Below, piece by piece: positions 12,478 through 27,012 of a stretch of 64,000 nucleotides of DNA. A program made the position numbers and the translations under genes. This DNA is from Paraspadella gotoi. Its lineage: Eukaryota > Animalia > Chaetognatha. The first letter of the stretch is position 1; each line of letters opens with the position of its first letter. The notes beneath the pieces were generated by a model, which had not been told where the DNA came from, did not search any database, and saw only the letters and a program-made list of their open reading frames with translations. The stretch is from contig CM119267.1 of assembly GCA_051294375.1 (NCBI GenBank), positions 20,709,476 to 20,773,475 of the forward strand, read 5' to 3'.

Positions 12478-13509
12478 GAGAAGAGAGAACGCACGCAAGG
12501 TGAAAGAGAAAGAGAAAGGAGAGACGAGAGAGAGAGAAAGGGACAAACCATGGAGAAAGAGATAGAAAAGAGAGGAGAGGAAAGACCGCGGGTAAGTCGC
12601 ACAATAGATCCGCGACGATCGCCCGTCGGTAGAAAAGGAAGAGGATCTCGCTCATTTTTCGAGAGTCACTCGACGCGGATACTCCGATTTCGACCGGCGG
12701 TAAGAGAGAGACACGCGGACAGGAGGGAAGCCTTTTGGTCGTCTCGCCGGCTCGGTCGATTGAGACCAACCCCATGGAGGCATATGGTTGACTTTACCGC
12801 CACTGTCTCGACCATGAATAGGCCAGCCGCGGTGACCCCGTGAGGACACCTCGGCGGCGGAGTAGGTTCGCTCTCTCTCGCGGTCTTCACCGCAACGAAA
12901 ATGATCCTCCTCCTCATTCAACCGCCTTCGCTCCTTTTCCGCGGTTCATGGGAGACTTTTCGCGATATTTTGCCGATTTTCTCTTTCTCTCTCAATTTCT
13001 TCAGCTCTCTTTATGCTTTTTCGGTTTAGTTATACTTTTTTTTCTGTCTACTGGCAGGGTAGCGCACTCAATGGGGTGAGTCAAAAATTTATGAGTACAT
13101 GCTCAAACGAATTCGTCCACAAAAATTATTCACTCTACATTGGCTCTCCCCTAGCTATACGTTTACTCTCTGTCTCAATTTTGTCTGCCTTTTTTTTTGT
13201 GGGTTAATTCTCCACTGATTTTTTATCAGTACAATTAAAAAACGCCCACATAAAAAAAAATATTTTCCGTCAGGATGCGAGTTGAAAAATTTCATGAGTA
13301 ATTTTTCTTAGAACATCGATTATTTTGAGAAAACCAACAACAAGACCAAAAAGCCTAAGCGCAACAGATAGGACAAAACATTAACAACAACAACAACATC
13401 AAGGTTAATATATTTGACACTGGACCGTTTGTGCACCTTGCTGACACTTCAATTATTTGATTTCTGAAAGCAAGGAAGAGCCGAGAGAGAGAAAACAGAG
13501 AGAGAACCG

Positions 13510-13745
13510 GAGAAACAAGGAGAAAGAGATAGAAAAAGAGAGGAGAGAAAGAACCAGCGGTAAGTCGCACAATAGATCCGCGACGATCGCCCGTCGGTAG
13601 AGAAAGGAAGAGGATCTCGCCATTTTTCGAGAGTCACTGACGCGGATGACCTCCGACTTTCGAGCGGCGGTAAGAGAGAGACAGCGGACAGAGAGGAAGC
13701 CTTTTGGTCGTCTCGCCGGCTCGGTCGATTGCGACCAACCCCATG
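13510..13745 (+). repeat. ~230-bp direct duplicate of 12545-12776
   Basis: GGTAAGTCGCACAATAGATCCGCGACGATCGCCCGTCGGTAGA...GGAAGCCTTTTGGTCGTCTCGCCGGCTCGGTCGATTG in both; differences are mostly indels. Confidence 0.85.
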
Positions 13746-13746
13746 T

Positions 13747-13815
<69 letters not shown>

Positions 13816-13915
13816 TCACTTTTTGTCTGAAAAGGCGCGCCGCACTGCGCAGTGTCAGTATACAGAATGTAGTGGAGAAAATGAAACTTGATAATCGCTC
13901 CCTTTTCTCTTCAGG

Positions 13916-13966
<51 letters not shown>

Positions 13967-15336
13967 CTCTTTCTCCATTCTCTGATTTTATGCGACTCAA
14001 TTGCCTTTAAGTTCGAACTTGTTTATCTTTAATCGAATAAGTAAATTAGGTGATTGTTAAATTTGTTTCCTTTTTTCTTTCTTTCTTTCTTTCTTTTTTC
14101 TTTCTTTTCTTTCTTCTTTCTTTCTTTCTTTCTTTCTTTATTTCTTTCTTTCACTTTCTTTTTCTTTCTCACATTCTTGACTTTCTAACTTCTTTTTCCT
14201 TCTTTTCCTTGTATCATTCTTTCCCTCTATATTCTTTCTTTTTACTACTAGCTTTCTACCTTTTGCTCCCTTCTCTCATTCCTTCTTTCTTTCCTTTTTT
14301 TCTTTCATTCCTTCTTTCTTTCTTTCTTTCTTTCTTCTTCTTTTTCTTTCTTTTCTTTCTTTTCTTTCTTTCTTTCTTTCTTCTCTCTCTCCACTTTTCA
14401 CTTCCGCATTCCCTTCAAACGAATCCGTCTGAAAAAAAAAGTCGCTATGATCTTACGAGGAAACCCATTACCGCAGATGATAATAGAAAAAGAAGGAATT
14501 TTCTTTTTCTTTTTTTCTTTTTCTTTTTTTTTCGTTGTTTACTTCTTTTGATGCTTCCCTCTTTTTTTTTCCGCTCAGCGGACCGCGCTTCTCTTGTATA
14601 GCGAAAAAAAAAGAGGAAAGAAAGAAGAGCGATAAAGCGTTGCTTCAATGACGTCGTCATCATCACCAGCGTCATCGTTTTCTACATCACCATCAACTCC
14701 AGCGTCGTACGACCGTAATTTTTGGGCGTTTTTTTTTCCAACTCCAACTCCATCCGTAAAACATCGACGTTTCAAACATTTTGTGTTTCATTCGCGTTGC
14801 TTAGCTTTTTAAAATTTTTTATTATTATTTCTTTTTTTCTGTTTTGTCCATTATCGATTAGTTAACGATGAAACATTTTTTTACGGCTCAGAATTACCGT
14901 ATGGACTGTGGACGATAAGGTCCGGGTTCGAGGCCGTACTTTCCAAAACTCGAGAAATGACGGAATGACTTGGGGGAGGGGAAAGAACTTTGGTAAAAGC
15001 GAAAAAATAACAAGAAGTAAAACAAAACAACAAGAACAAACAAACCAACGAGGATTGTTAGAATGTTACAAATGTCAACTTTGAGATGCTGCTTCGTCTT
15101 TTACTTCAAGTCGTTTATTGTTTCAAATCGGCGAGAAAAGTAATTCACGAGGAAGAAACGAACCGAGAACCACACAACGACGATGAACAACAACGACAAC
15201 GACGGAATGTTTTCCCGGAATTTATGAGTGGAAGTCGGGAGTCGGTGACAGCGACTGTTTGGCGTCAACCGGAAGTAGAAAAGACTGGAATCCGCATAAG
15301 AGTCTCTCGGTCGATCCCTCGCCACAAAGAAACCGG

Positions 15337-15424
<88 letters not shown>

Positions 15425-15974
15425 GGTCGTTAACATTCTTTCCTCTCTTACTTCCTTTTTATCCATTCAGCTTGCAAGAGAATACCTCCGATAATTTGAA
15501 TCGGAGAAATTTCTATCTCTCTCTCTCTCTCTTCCTCTCTCCTCTCCTCTCTCTCCCTCTCTGCTCTCTTCTCTTGTCTCTCTCTCTCTCTCTCTCCCTT
15601 CTCTCATATATTCGGTAAGTCTCCGGGGTAAGTCGATTTGCCTTATCGTGAAGGATCATCCTCCCTCCTGAAGAGAGCCTGCCGCCGCCGCCGCCGCCGA
15701 GTCGCCGCCGCCGCCGCCGCCGCCGCAGACAACGACGACGTGATTCAGTGGACCGCAGAGAATTCTCTTCATTTGTAAAATTTTTCGGAGAAGAACGAAT
15801 TTTTTCCGTCTGGGACCAACGAGGAAAACTTGAAGGTTCCCGGATGTGCAATGAGGATAACATTTGGATCACGAATCCACAGTGAATAGACTGTTACATC
15901 GTCGCATAAGTTACGAAGAAATGAAGTTATAAACTTAATTTTAACTAGAATGTATCTATAAGTATTGCGTCAAA

Positions 15975-16025
15975 AAAATGAAAAATGAAAAAATGAAAAA
16001 ATGGAAAATGAAAAATGAAAAATGA
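15975..16025. repeat. (GAAAAAT)n heptamer repeat
   Basis: About 7 near-perfect units. Confidence 0.7.
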
Positions 16026-16814
16026 CTTTGACTGACTTCCGCTGAATTTGGACGGGCTATGATGGACTAAGGCCTCCATCTCTCCTTAAAGTTAATAACA
16101 TCGCTTTCCATCGAGACGTTATAGTTTATTTACTTCCTAATTTATGAACTAGAATGTTTTTTTTTCAACTGTTTCAATTGAATGTTTCAATTCAAACTTA
16201 TCAAAAACGTTTCTTATCTTTTCCGGATTTTCTAACTTCACTCGGATTGATCAGTTTGAGGGTAAGGATGGGTAAGATATTCAAGTTATTCAATTCGGAA
16301 GGCGCTTCTTCCGCGGTAGGCGAGGGGCGTGGTGCGATTAGGGTAACGAGGCTCACCAAGGAAGATTGTCAGTAGCGGGTTTGAAAGAGGGTGGGTGGGG
16401 TAAGGTTCGATTGGAAGGGGGGCAGGTGGGGGGAGACAAAAAGTAGGGTTTAGTAAAGAAGAAGAATCCACTTCTTATAAAACCATTGTTAAATATCCTG
16501 GAGCTTTGCCTGATAAAGATAAAATACAAAATTTTAAATTAAAATTAAAGATAAAGTCCAAGTAGTAAAAAGATTTATACTGCTATCGATTGAGTGTCAT
16601 ATCTGCGCAAAGGGGAAAGAAAACATGTAATTCAATATGTTGGTTTCTAATTTAGACTTTTTTAAATAATTAAAACTCTTGATAAATATGAGATGATTCA
16701 ACGAAAATGATTAAGACTCGGGAGCAACACGATGTACATCTCAAGAGTCAAAGAGCAAGTAATGAACTCCGACCGATAAAAAAATCTCGATCGAGACTGA
16801 CTCTCTCTCCTCTC

Positions 16815-16912
<98 letters not shown>

Positions 16913-17139
16913 CTCTCTCCTCTCTCTCCTCTCATTCTCTCTCTCTCTCTCTCCTAAGTCGTACCTTTAAACATTCCTACTATTTATTCAGATATTTTGC
17001 TTCTTATGGTTTGCAAATATTATTTTTAAATTTATTCTCAATTCAATATTAATACTAATTACCATGTTTCAATCTATCTCGCCATTTCTCCCCTTTTTTC
17101 TCCGCCATACATCAGTCCCACCCGCTGTCATTTCGTACA

Positions 17140-17212
17140 CAAAATTGGTACAACGAGAATAAAAATTATCCATTCGTTCGATAAATAAGCTATATTGCCT
17201 TCCGACTTTGGA
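17140..17212. mobile_element. Terminal fragment of the same MITE family
   Basis: AAATTGGTACAAC...AAAAATTATCCATTC...ATAAATAAGCTATATTGCC...GACTTTGGA. Confidence 0.6.
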
Positions 17213-17889
17213 TTTTATATTAAAATATCTTCTGCCTCTTTTATTTTTATCTCTTCCACGACCAATAAATTTGAGAAGAGAGAAAAAAATTTCCTTTTTT
17301 TTCCCTTCTTCTTTTCTCCTTTTGCTCTTCCTCCCTGACCCTCTCTTTTCTTTCCTTATTTTCCCCTTCCTCCCTTTCCTCTCTCCTTCCGTCGCCTTTC
17401 CCCTCTTTTCTAATTTCCCTCCCCCACTCCTTCTCTCCTCACCTTCTCCTTCTCACTCTGCCCCTCTCCCCCATCTCCCCCCATCTCTTCATGTGTCGTG
17501 ACCTCCGCTCATTACCTTCCCCTCTGCCTCAGCGCAGCCGCCGCCGCCACCGCCGCCTCCGCCGCCTCCGTCCGCCGCTTGTCGCCGGTTGTTCTCTTGT
17601 TTGCGCCTTCGATTTATGCTCAGGTCATCGCGAAGAAGAGATGGCGCCGACCCTTTTGTTTTATGAGCTGGAAAGCTTGCGATGAGATACCCATCAAGCT
17701 CTATTTTTACGAGCTTGTAAGTTGGCTATAAAATTGTCGCTATCTGGATTTGTCAGAATATTTATTTTATGAGTTTAAAACCTGTTAAAAAACCTCGCAC
17801 GAACTACGAACTACTCTTTTCTGTTCGTTAGTCCCACTATTTAATTTTAACTTTACTATTTGATCTAGACATGTTCTTACTTACAAATC

Positions 17890-18110
17890 AATCCCTAACT
17901 CTAATCCTCAACCCAAATCCCTAATCCCTAACCCTAATCCCTAACCATAATCCCTAACTCTAATCCCTTACTTTAATCCCTAACCCTAATCCCTAACCAT
18001 TAACCCTAATCCCTAACCCGAATCCTAATCTCTAATCCCTAATCCTAATCCCTAATCTCTAATTCCTAATCCCTAACCCAAATCCTGAACAAACCAAGTC
18101 CCTAATCTAA
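17890..18110. repeat. Degenerate telomere-like (CCCTAA/CCCTAAT)n interstitial tract
   Basis: Repeated CCCTAA and CCCTAAT units, often as a 13-bp CCCTAACCCTAAT period. Confidence 0.8.
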
Positions 18111-19417
18111 AGGAAAATTAACCTAATTCCGAATTAATTATAAAATGAGTCGTTCTCGTAAAATAAGGCCCCCATAAAGATATTTCCCGATTTCCCTTTT
18201 GTTGTACGATATATTTCGAACCTCGAATCCTCAAAATTCCTCATTCTCCAACCAACATTTATCTTCGAACGTCTCGAGATTTCGACACTTCTGCTTCCCC
18301 CCCCCTTCCCTCTCTCTCATCGTTATTGTCGTCCTCAGAGTCGTTGTTGTTGTGATTGTTTTTTTATTACCTTTTCATGGTGGCGTAGGAATGCGGTTTT
18401 TAGAGATTATGGCCGAATTCGCCCTTCGAAAAAAAAAAGGAAAAAAGGAAAAAAGTTCGAATCACATTTTCGCTCGAAACGAAATTGTTTTTTTTTTTCG
18501 TCGGAAACGAGGCGATCGACGGCGTCGATGGCATCCGAAATTGCCATCTCGAACGCCGTTTCGATTTGCCATTAAGATCGTCTTCGCAATCGCTATGTAT
18601 GTCTCTCCTTTTATACATTGTATTCTTTCTTAGCGAAAAGCAACAAAGACCAAAAGCGTCTACTTTTCATCTCTTTATCTTTATCTTTATCTCCTCATCT
18701 TTTTATCAGAAACATAAAATTTCCCGACCGTTTATTAATTTGTTTATCGATCAGTTATGATCGCAAGTATGAACCGGTTGTTATTATTATTTTTATCAGC
18801 TTTCGATTTCTAGCAAAAAAAAAACTACTTTTTCAGTATCGGCTTCACAGTATCTACGGCATCGTTATCCACCGCATCGACGCCGCGCTCTCTTTCCAGT
18901 CTCTCGTCATCCTCTCTCGGTCTTGTTTACTGGCGCGGACGCCGCGCCCCGACGCCGCGTCCCGACGCCGCGTCCCGACGCGCCCTTCCGAAATCACTGC
19001 CCCCCGGGGAGTCACAATAACAACGATTCGTGTAGGAGCGGGACTCCAGTGGCTCCAGAAACTCCAGCCGTCTCAGCATATTACTCCAGTTTATGGATGG
19101 TGCGCCTAATCTGAAATTTTGTGAACGCGACTGAGTTCCGAGGAGCGTGGGAAAATTTGAAAGGCAGAACGCGCGCTCTCTCTTTCTTTCTCTCTCTCTT
19201 TCGTCTTTCTTTCTTTCTTTCTTTCGCTTTCTTTCTTTCTTTCTTTCTTTCTCTTTCTTCTTTCTTTCTTTCTTTCTTTTTCTTTACTTCTTTATTTTCT
19301 TTCTTTTTTCTTTCTTTTCTTTTTCTTCTTTTCTCTTCCTCTCCTCTTCTCTCTGGCTCTTTTTCGCTTTCCGGAAAGATGTTTCACGGATTCGCTCCGT
19401 CGATGATTCTTCCCCTA

Positions 19418-19436
19418 GTCACGTGACGTCACGTGA
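19418..19436. promoter_or_regulatory. Palindromic double E-box (CLEAR/USF type) overlapping a CRE
   Basis: GTCACGTGACGTCACGTGA; 19419-19436 is a perfect 18-bp palindrome. Confidence 0.4.
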
Positions 19437-19464
19437 TAACCATAACCGTTTATGTATGGTCGCT

Positions 19465-19499
<35 letters not shown>

Positions 19500-21496
19500 G
19501 TGATGTGAAAGGAATACTGAAATTAGGACGAAGGCGATTGGGGAGATGGAGGAAAGGGAGAAATGACAAACGGGGTGAACGAAGAAGATGAGGTTGGGGA
19601 GAAAAGAGGAGGAGCAGGAGACGGAGGGAGGTATGGCTAAGCGGAGTTTTTCGACCTTTCTTCGACTCGTAGGAGGAGGAGGTTGAGTGGAAGTTCACGC
19701 GAAGAAGTGAAGGGTCGAAAATGTGAACGACCTTTACTAGAGATTCTGGGGCAAAGATATCTTGGGGGGCCAAGCCAAGTGGATGTGATGCGAGGGGGGG
19801 GGGTCATCAATAGAAAATGATTTGGATGAAAGTTATAGAAAAGATGAGTGGGTAAGGCAGCGGAAAAAGAATGGTTGGTGGGAAATTTAAAAATTTAATT
19901 TCTGTTGAAAATTTATTGAAAATTGCCAAGAAAATGAATTAGAATTTAGAGAGAAATGAAGCTGGAGCAAAGTTACAACGTATAAAGTGGCGCATGCATT
20001 CAAAGATGATTGGATTGTGAAGTGGGAAAGGAGAAGCAATGAACGATACAACGAGAACTCGGAAGGCGATTTATGAAAAAAAAACCGCGAAAAAATCGCG
20101 ATGAGACGATAAATGATAAAAGCGAAATAGAAATGGGTGAGAATCGAGGGGAAGATGAGAAACGAAGAATCGGGGAAGGGATTAAAAACACAATAGGAAA
20201 TTGGGAATGAGGCTGGGATGAGAGGAGGAGAAAGGTTCAAGAGGGGGGGGGTGGGATTAAAAGGGTGAGAAGGGGAAAGAGAGAGAGAAAAAAAGAGATG
20301 TTTTGTTATAAAGAAAACGACAAAAATGAGAGAGCCTTACCGAAGTCATAGGCAAGTCATTTATTGAATGAATGATTAATTTTTATATTGGTTATACCAA
20401 TTTTACATAAATGAGTCTTTTACATTGTAAATTATAAAAGTAGGTTACAATAAAAACGTAGAAGTGAGAGACCGAGAGCTTAGCAAAAGATAAAANNNNN
20501 NNNNNGTAGAAGTGAGAGACCAATAGTTTAGCAAAAGATAAAAAAAGAGAAAGAGAAAAACAACGGAAACGTTTTGAAAAAAAAAAAATTAGAAAAGACC
20601 AAGAAAAAAGCGAATTGAAAGTCGACGGAATGAACAACAGTGATCGTGACCTTGGCATCGACGACCCCGCCCCCCCCTACCACCCCCAAAATAAAAACTC
20701 TTCCGCGCGACCAAACTTTGGCGTCGAAACCCCTTTATGGCTCAAATTCCACGTCCTGCTGTAGTAAAAGAACGAATTGCCTCGTAAACCGATTCCGCTG
20801 TAAGCTGATTCGACAGTCGTTGAGTTTGCACGTTCTTTTTCTTTCTCTGTCTCTCTCTCTGTCCGTCTCTGTCTCTTATTTTCAAATTTGCATGGTTCCA
20901 TGATTATTGATTAGTCGAGGTCTAATTTTGAGACTAAAGTCCTAATTGAAAACGTTTTATGTAAAAAATAAGCTTTCTATCTCTCTCTCTCTCATTCTGT
21001 TTCCTGTTCACTATCTCTCTCTCTCACTCAGCCCCTCCCCCCAAAAAATTTTTGACCAGAGTGCCATTCAACGAGACCTCGTTTTCCGCGTTCCTTCTTA
21101 GTTAATTATTTCTAATTCAACCCTCAACCGCAGAAAAGCCCCGAGACCCGCAATCCACAATTCCAACGGTTGTTATGTTCCGCGCTTGTTTGGCAACGAC
21201 TCGCGGACTCCACAGACGAGTCGAGTTTAAAAATTCCGCGCGCGATTTTCTCTCTCGGGGTCAGAGAAAGAATGTCAGCCAAGTGATATAGATCATCACC
21301 GCCAGGAAGGGGTGGAGGAACGAGGGGGTTGAAAGGGGTAGAAGAGTGGGGGGGCTGTTGAGAGGTGGGCGTGGCCCGGATTGAGCGCGGTTCCTTTTGT
21401 TCTTCTGCAATCGAAACGACGGATTCCGTTTTTTCTTTTGTTTATTTGTTTTGGTTTCGGCGCCAACGTTTATTTAATTATTGACAAGGGGGAGTG

Positions 21497-21552
<56 letters not shown>

Positions 21553-22705
21553 GAGAGAGAGAGAGAGTGCATTTCTCCACTCACAAATATTCGAACTATT
21601 TCTGATTTATCAAGTTCTCAAACTAAGTTCAACGACATTGGGGTCTTTCCCTTTCGCCCCTTCTGCCGTCCTACTCTTACATCCGTTTTTTCTCCGTTAT
21701 CTCTATTACATCCGGGGAGGAAAATATATAAAAAAAGATGGAAACGGAAGATGGCGTCTCTTTTTCCCGACGGACGAATTTCGCGTCCGATTTTTGGGGG
21801 TCAACATTTTTTTTCTCCTCCGACGTCGTCGGCTTCGTCGTCGTTGCTGTCGTCGTCGTCGTCGTCGTCGTTGTCGTTGCTGTCGTCGTCGNNNNNNNNN
21901 NCGTCGTCGTCGTCTCATTTTGGGTTTTCCTAGTAAACGATATCGATTAGGAAGAGGAGTCGATTGCTTCTACTCGACCAGAAATGTGGAGCAGATGATG
22001 TTGGTACAGTCCTGTGCAAAAAAGAAAGAGAAAAAGAGGACGCCCAAAAATATTACAAAAAAATTAAATTACGTTAGATTCCTTCATTATTAAAAATATT
22101 GTAGGTTTATCATGTTTACAGAAAAAGGAAATATCGGTGCAAATTTTGTTAAAATTGGGCCATCCGTTTTTAAGCAATAATTTTTTTAAAAGTAACTACT
22201 CGAACAGAATATTAGATCAAAACAAAAGGCAAAATTGATTGATCGAGTGATTGATTGCTAAATGAACTGAAAATTCATTTTAAAAACATAACTTGGAAAA
22301 TGGTTATCGTAAAGCAGGAAGGCAATGAAATCCGAAATGCCAAGACCAAGTATCGGAAAACGATCGAATGCGAGAGTGAGAGCGAGATTGCGTATTTTAG
22401 AGAGAGAGAGAGAGAGAGAGAGANNNNNNNNNNNNNNNNNNNNNNNNNNNNNNNNNNNNNNNNNNNNNNNNNNNNNNNNNNNNNNNNNNNNNNNNNNNNN
22501 NNNNNNNNNNNNNNNNNNNNNNNNNNNNNNNNNNNNNNNNNNNNNNNNNNNNNNNNNNNNNNNNNNNNNNNNNNNNNNNNNNNNNNNNNNNNNNNNNNNN
22601 NNNNNNNNNNNNNNNNNNNNNNNNNNNNNNNNNNNNNNNNNNNNNNNNNNNNNNNNNNNNNNNNNNNNNNNNNNNNNNNNNNNNNNNNNNNNNNNNNNNN
22701 NNNNN

Positions 22706-22742
<37 letters not shown>

Positions 22743-24809
22743 AAAGAGAGATAGAGATCGAGAAAGAGAGACAGCGCGCTGAGAAAAAATAAAAAATAAA
22801 AATGCAAATGAAGCGAATTTGCGAGTTAAAAATAGACTGAAAATGAAAAGAAAACGACGAAGAAAGACGATGTCAAAAAAAAAAAAGAAGAAAAAAGAAA
22901 AAACTAATTACTTGTGTGAAATTGATATTAACGTCGATTGAGGCTCAAAATGATGTGAAAAAGGTTACTGCATGTAAAGATGTGGTAAAGTATGTACAAC
23001 CGCAGATATATCGAGGCAAATCGTGGGTCGACGAAAAGCGATGTGACCACGTCTATCGGGAAAGAGGGGAAAAAACATATCGGCCAACGAGTCACGCTGC
23101 GAAGCTAAACCGGGAAAAGAAAAAATATTCTGGGAACTCAGGGACAGCGCGTAAGTATTGAGGGGGTGGGAAGGCGGGGTGCAAGGTGTGAGGCAGGGAG
23201 AAAGTAAAGTTCCCACGGAGGAGTGGAATAAGGAAAAAGAGGGACGTCTGAGGAGGAGGGAATTGTTTAGAGAGGAGAGGGGACGGATACAGAATTCATT
23301 AAATAATATTTCATCTTGATATTATCATTATTTATTGAATATGTGAATTTTATTAATTGATTATTAATTGAATTTATTGTTATTTTTATCAGTATTTATT
23401 AATTGAAATATTAGATTATTAATTAATTGTTTCATATCACGGTTATTTAAACTTCAGATAATTCTTGGTAGGAAAAGAATCTATGATGGGCAGTGTAGAC
23501 CTCAGTGTGGGAGATAGAGAGAGAGTGAGAGAGTGAGAGAAAGCACATTACTAAGGGGAGAGCCAGAAATATAAAAGGAGAGGTAGGGTTATGCAGTTAT
23601 GGTTCCGGGTCAAGAANNNNNNNNNNNNNNNNNNNNNNNNNNNNNNNNNNNNNNNNNNNNNNNNNNNNNNNNNNNNNNNNNNNNNNNNNNNNNNNNNNNN
23701 NNNNNNNNNNNNNNNNNNNNNNNNNNNNNNNNNNNNNNNNNNNNNNNNNNNNNNNNNNNNNNNNNNNNNNNNNNNNNNNNNNNNNNNNNNNNNNNNNNNN
23801 NNNNNNNNNNNNNNNNNNNNNNNNNNNNNNNNNNNNNNNNNNNNNNNNNNNNNNNNNNNNNNNNNNNNNNNNNTTCTTTGGAGAGGACGCTCTGGTGGGT
23901 AGGTTCGTCGAAAGGGTAAGGTTCATCGAGGGTAAAGGAAAGGCGGGGTTGCACTCTCGTCACGGGCGACGCGTGGAATCATTCCATTTCCTAGNNNNNN
24001 NNNNNNNNNNNNNNNNNNNNNNNNNNNNNNNNNNNNNNNNNNNNNNNNNNNNNNNNNNNNNNNNNNNNNNNNNNNNNNNNNNNNNNNNNNNNNNNNNNNN
24101 NNNNNNNNNNNNNNNNNNNNNNNNNNNNNNNNNNNNNNNNNNNNNNNNNNNNNNNNNNNNNNNNNNNNNNNNNNNNAAGCATGTGGAAAGATCTCTGTCA
24201 ATTTGGTTATTGGCGAACGAGTTCACTAAAGTGCGTGAACTATATAGGCAAATTTGATAAGTCGCCTCTTCTTTTATATCGGTTGTACCAATTTCATTGT
24301 TTAAGGAAAGAAACTATTAAGATTAGATCCCTTTAAAAGTTTAAGATATGCAGAAATTCCGAAACTCTCAAACTACGATTGCAGTTCAGTCGACAATTTT
24401 CGAATATCTTTAGAATTTTTCCCCAGTTGGCAGTTCTCACCAAAAACTCATTTTCAGCGATAATTTCCACGAAGTTCCTTCCCGTTGGAAAAGCTCGTCC
24501 TTTTCCCGGGCGATCGGCCGAGGAGACGATGAGACTTTTAACCGAGCCCCAAAAAATTAATCCAAACGGGAGAAATGCGGCGCTGCTGAGCGCGCGGACG
24601 CGGCGGCGCTGCGGGGCGGGGCCGCTGCGGGACGAGAGCGCTGCGGTCTGGTGTGACGCCGTCTGTCATGCACTGGTGCGAATCGACCTTTCATGGGGTT
24701 GTCACACCGCGGGGTTGTTTTCAGNNNNNNNNNNNNNNNNNNNNNNNNNTCCTTGCGCTCCAATCTACTCTCTCTCTCTCACTCTCTCATCATTGCGTTT
24801 CTTACCTTC

Positions 24810-25509
24810 CTTTTTCTTCTCTCTCCCGACGTCGCACGAATTTCCGCGATCCGTCCATATTTGGTGCGGTCAACTCATTTCTTTTCTTTTCTCCTCCCCG
24901 ACCGTCGTCGGCTTCGTCGCGTCGTCGTCGTTGTCGTTGCTCTCTTTTCCCCCCTATAGTAAGACGACTATCGTATTTACGGAAGCAGCGAGTCGATTGC
25001 CTTACTAATCCTTCCGGACCCAAATGTAGGAGCATCGAATGAATACGCTTGGTACACGTCCTGATCTTGCCAAAAAAGAAAGAGAAAGAGGACCCGCCCA
25101 AAAATAATTACAAAAAAATTACTTACGTTAGATTCCTATCCATTATTCTAAACAATATCTCTGTAGGTTTATAATGTTTACAGAAAAAGGAAAATACTCG
25201 GTGCAATTTTGTTAATTGGGCCATCCTCCCCGTTATTTAAGCGCATAATTTTTTAAAAGTACTACTCGATACAGCAATATTAGATCAAAAACTCAAAAGG
25301 TCCAAAATTGATTGATCCGGAGTGATTTATATGCTAAATAACTGAAAAGATCCATCTTTTATTAAAAACATAACATCCTGGAAAACTGGTTATCGGTAGG
25401 ACAAGAAAAAGCCCAGGAAGCAATGAAATCCCGACAATGCCTCAAACGACCAAGTATCGGAAAAACGATCGACATGCGAGAGTGAGAGCGAGAACTTGCG
25501 TATTTTTAA

Positions 25510-25543
<34 letters not shown>

Positions 25544-25760
25544 AGACCGAGAGCAGACGCGAGAGAGAGAGACGAGAGAGAGAGAGAGACGAGAGAGATA
25601 CTGCTTATCGTGCATTGCGAATATCGATAGTTGGACACGAGATGGCTTGGAAAAGTGCGTTCGTCCGGGCCGGTACGCGAGATTGCGAAGGCGGAAAAAA
25701 AAAGGGTGAAAGAAGGCCGACACGAAGTGGCGTGGGCAGCGTGGCGAGATGCAAATCAAT

Positions 25761-25792
<32 letters not shown>

Positions 25793-26966
25793 CACGAGAG
25801 AGGAGAAGAGAGAGAGAGAGAGAGAGATTGAGAGAGAGAACAGACAGATAAAAGAGAGATAGAGATCGAGATCTCAGAGCAGCACAGCCCCGCGCTGAGA
25901 AAAAAGAACAAAATAAAGATGCAAATGAAGCGAATTTGCGAGTTAAAAATACGACTGACAACGAAAAGAAGAACGACGAAGAAAGACGATGTCAAAAAAA
26001 TAAGAAGAAAAAAAGAAAAAAACTAATTCACCTTTTGGAAAATTGATATACGTCGATTGAGGAGCTCAAAATGAGTAAAAAGGTTACTGCATGTAAATCT
26101 ATGTGCAAAGTATGTAACAACCGCAAATATACCCGAGGCCAATCGTGGGTAGAACGAAAAGCGATGTGACCGCGGTCTATCGGAAAGAGGGGAAAAACAT
26201 ATCGCCAACGAGTCACAGCTGCGAAGCTAAACGGGAGAAAAAATATTCTGGGAACTTCAGGGACAGCGCGTAAGTATTGAGGGGTGGGAAGCGCGGGGTG
26301 CAAGGTGTGAGGCAGGGAGAAAGTAAAGTTCCCACGGAGGAGTGGAATAAGTGCAAAGAGGAACGTCTGAGGAGTAGGGAATTGCTCTAGAGAGAAGAGG
26401 GGACGGATACAGAATTCTTAATAATATTCTCATCTTGAATATATCATTATTTATGAATCTGTAATTTATAATTGATTATTAATTTACAATTTATTGTTAT
26501 TTTTATTCAGTATTTATTAATTGAAATATTAGAATTAATTATCTAAATTGTTTCAATATTCCAACGGTTATTTAAACTTTCAGATTCACATTCTTGGCTC
26601 ACGGAAAAGAACTTAATGATGGGCGGCGCAGCCTAGAACCTCAGTGTGGGAAATAGAGAGAGACGTGCGGAGTGAGAGAGTGAGAAGAGAAAGCACATTA
26701 CCTAGGGGCACACACACACACACACACCAAAGGAGAGGTAGGGTTATGCCAGTTATGGTTCCGGGTCTAACTGAACTCCGTGGGAGAACGAAGTCTGCTG
26801 AAGAGTTAATTCGAGGGTTTGTAGGATCTGCGACGAACGAGGATAATGGTTTCGAAGGGAGAGAGGAGGGAGAGGAGAGAGAGAGAGAGAGAGAGAGAAG
26901 AGAGAAGAGAGAGAGAGAGAGAGACAGAGAAGAGAGATAGAGAGAGAGGAGAGAGAGAGAGAGAGA

Positions 26967-27012
<46 letters not shown>

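Noticed and set aside
20459-20545. Short direct repeat flanking a 10-N gap
   Set aside because: Typical unmerged contig overlap
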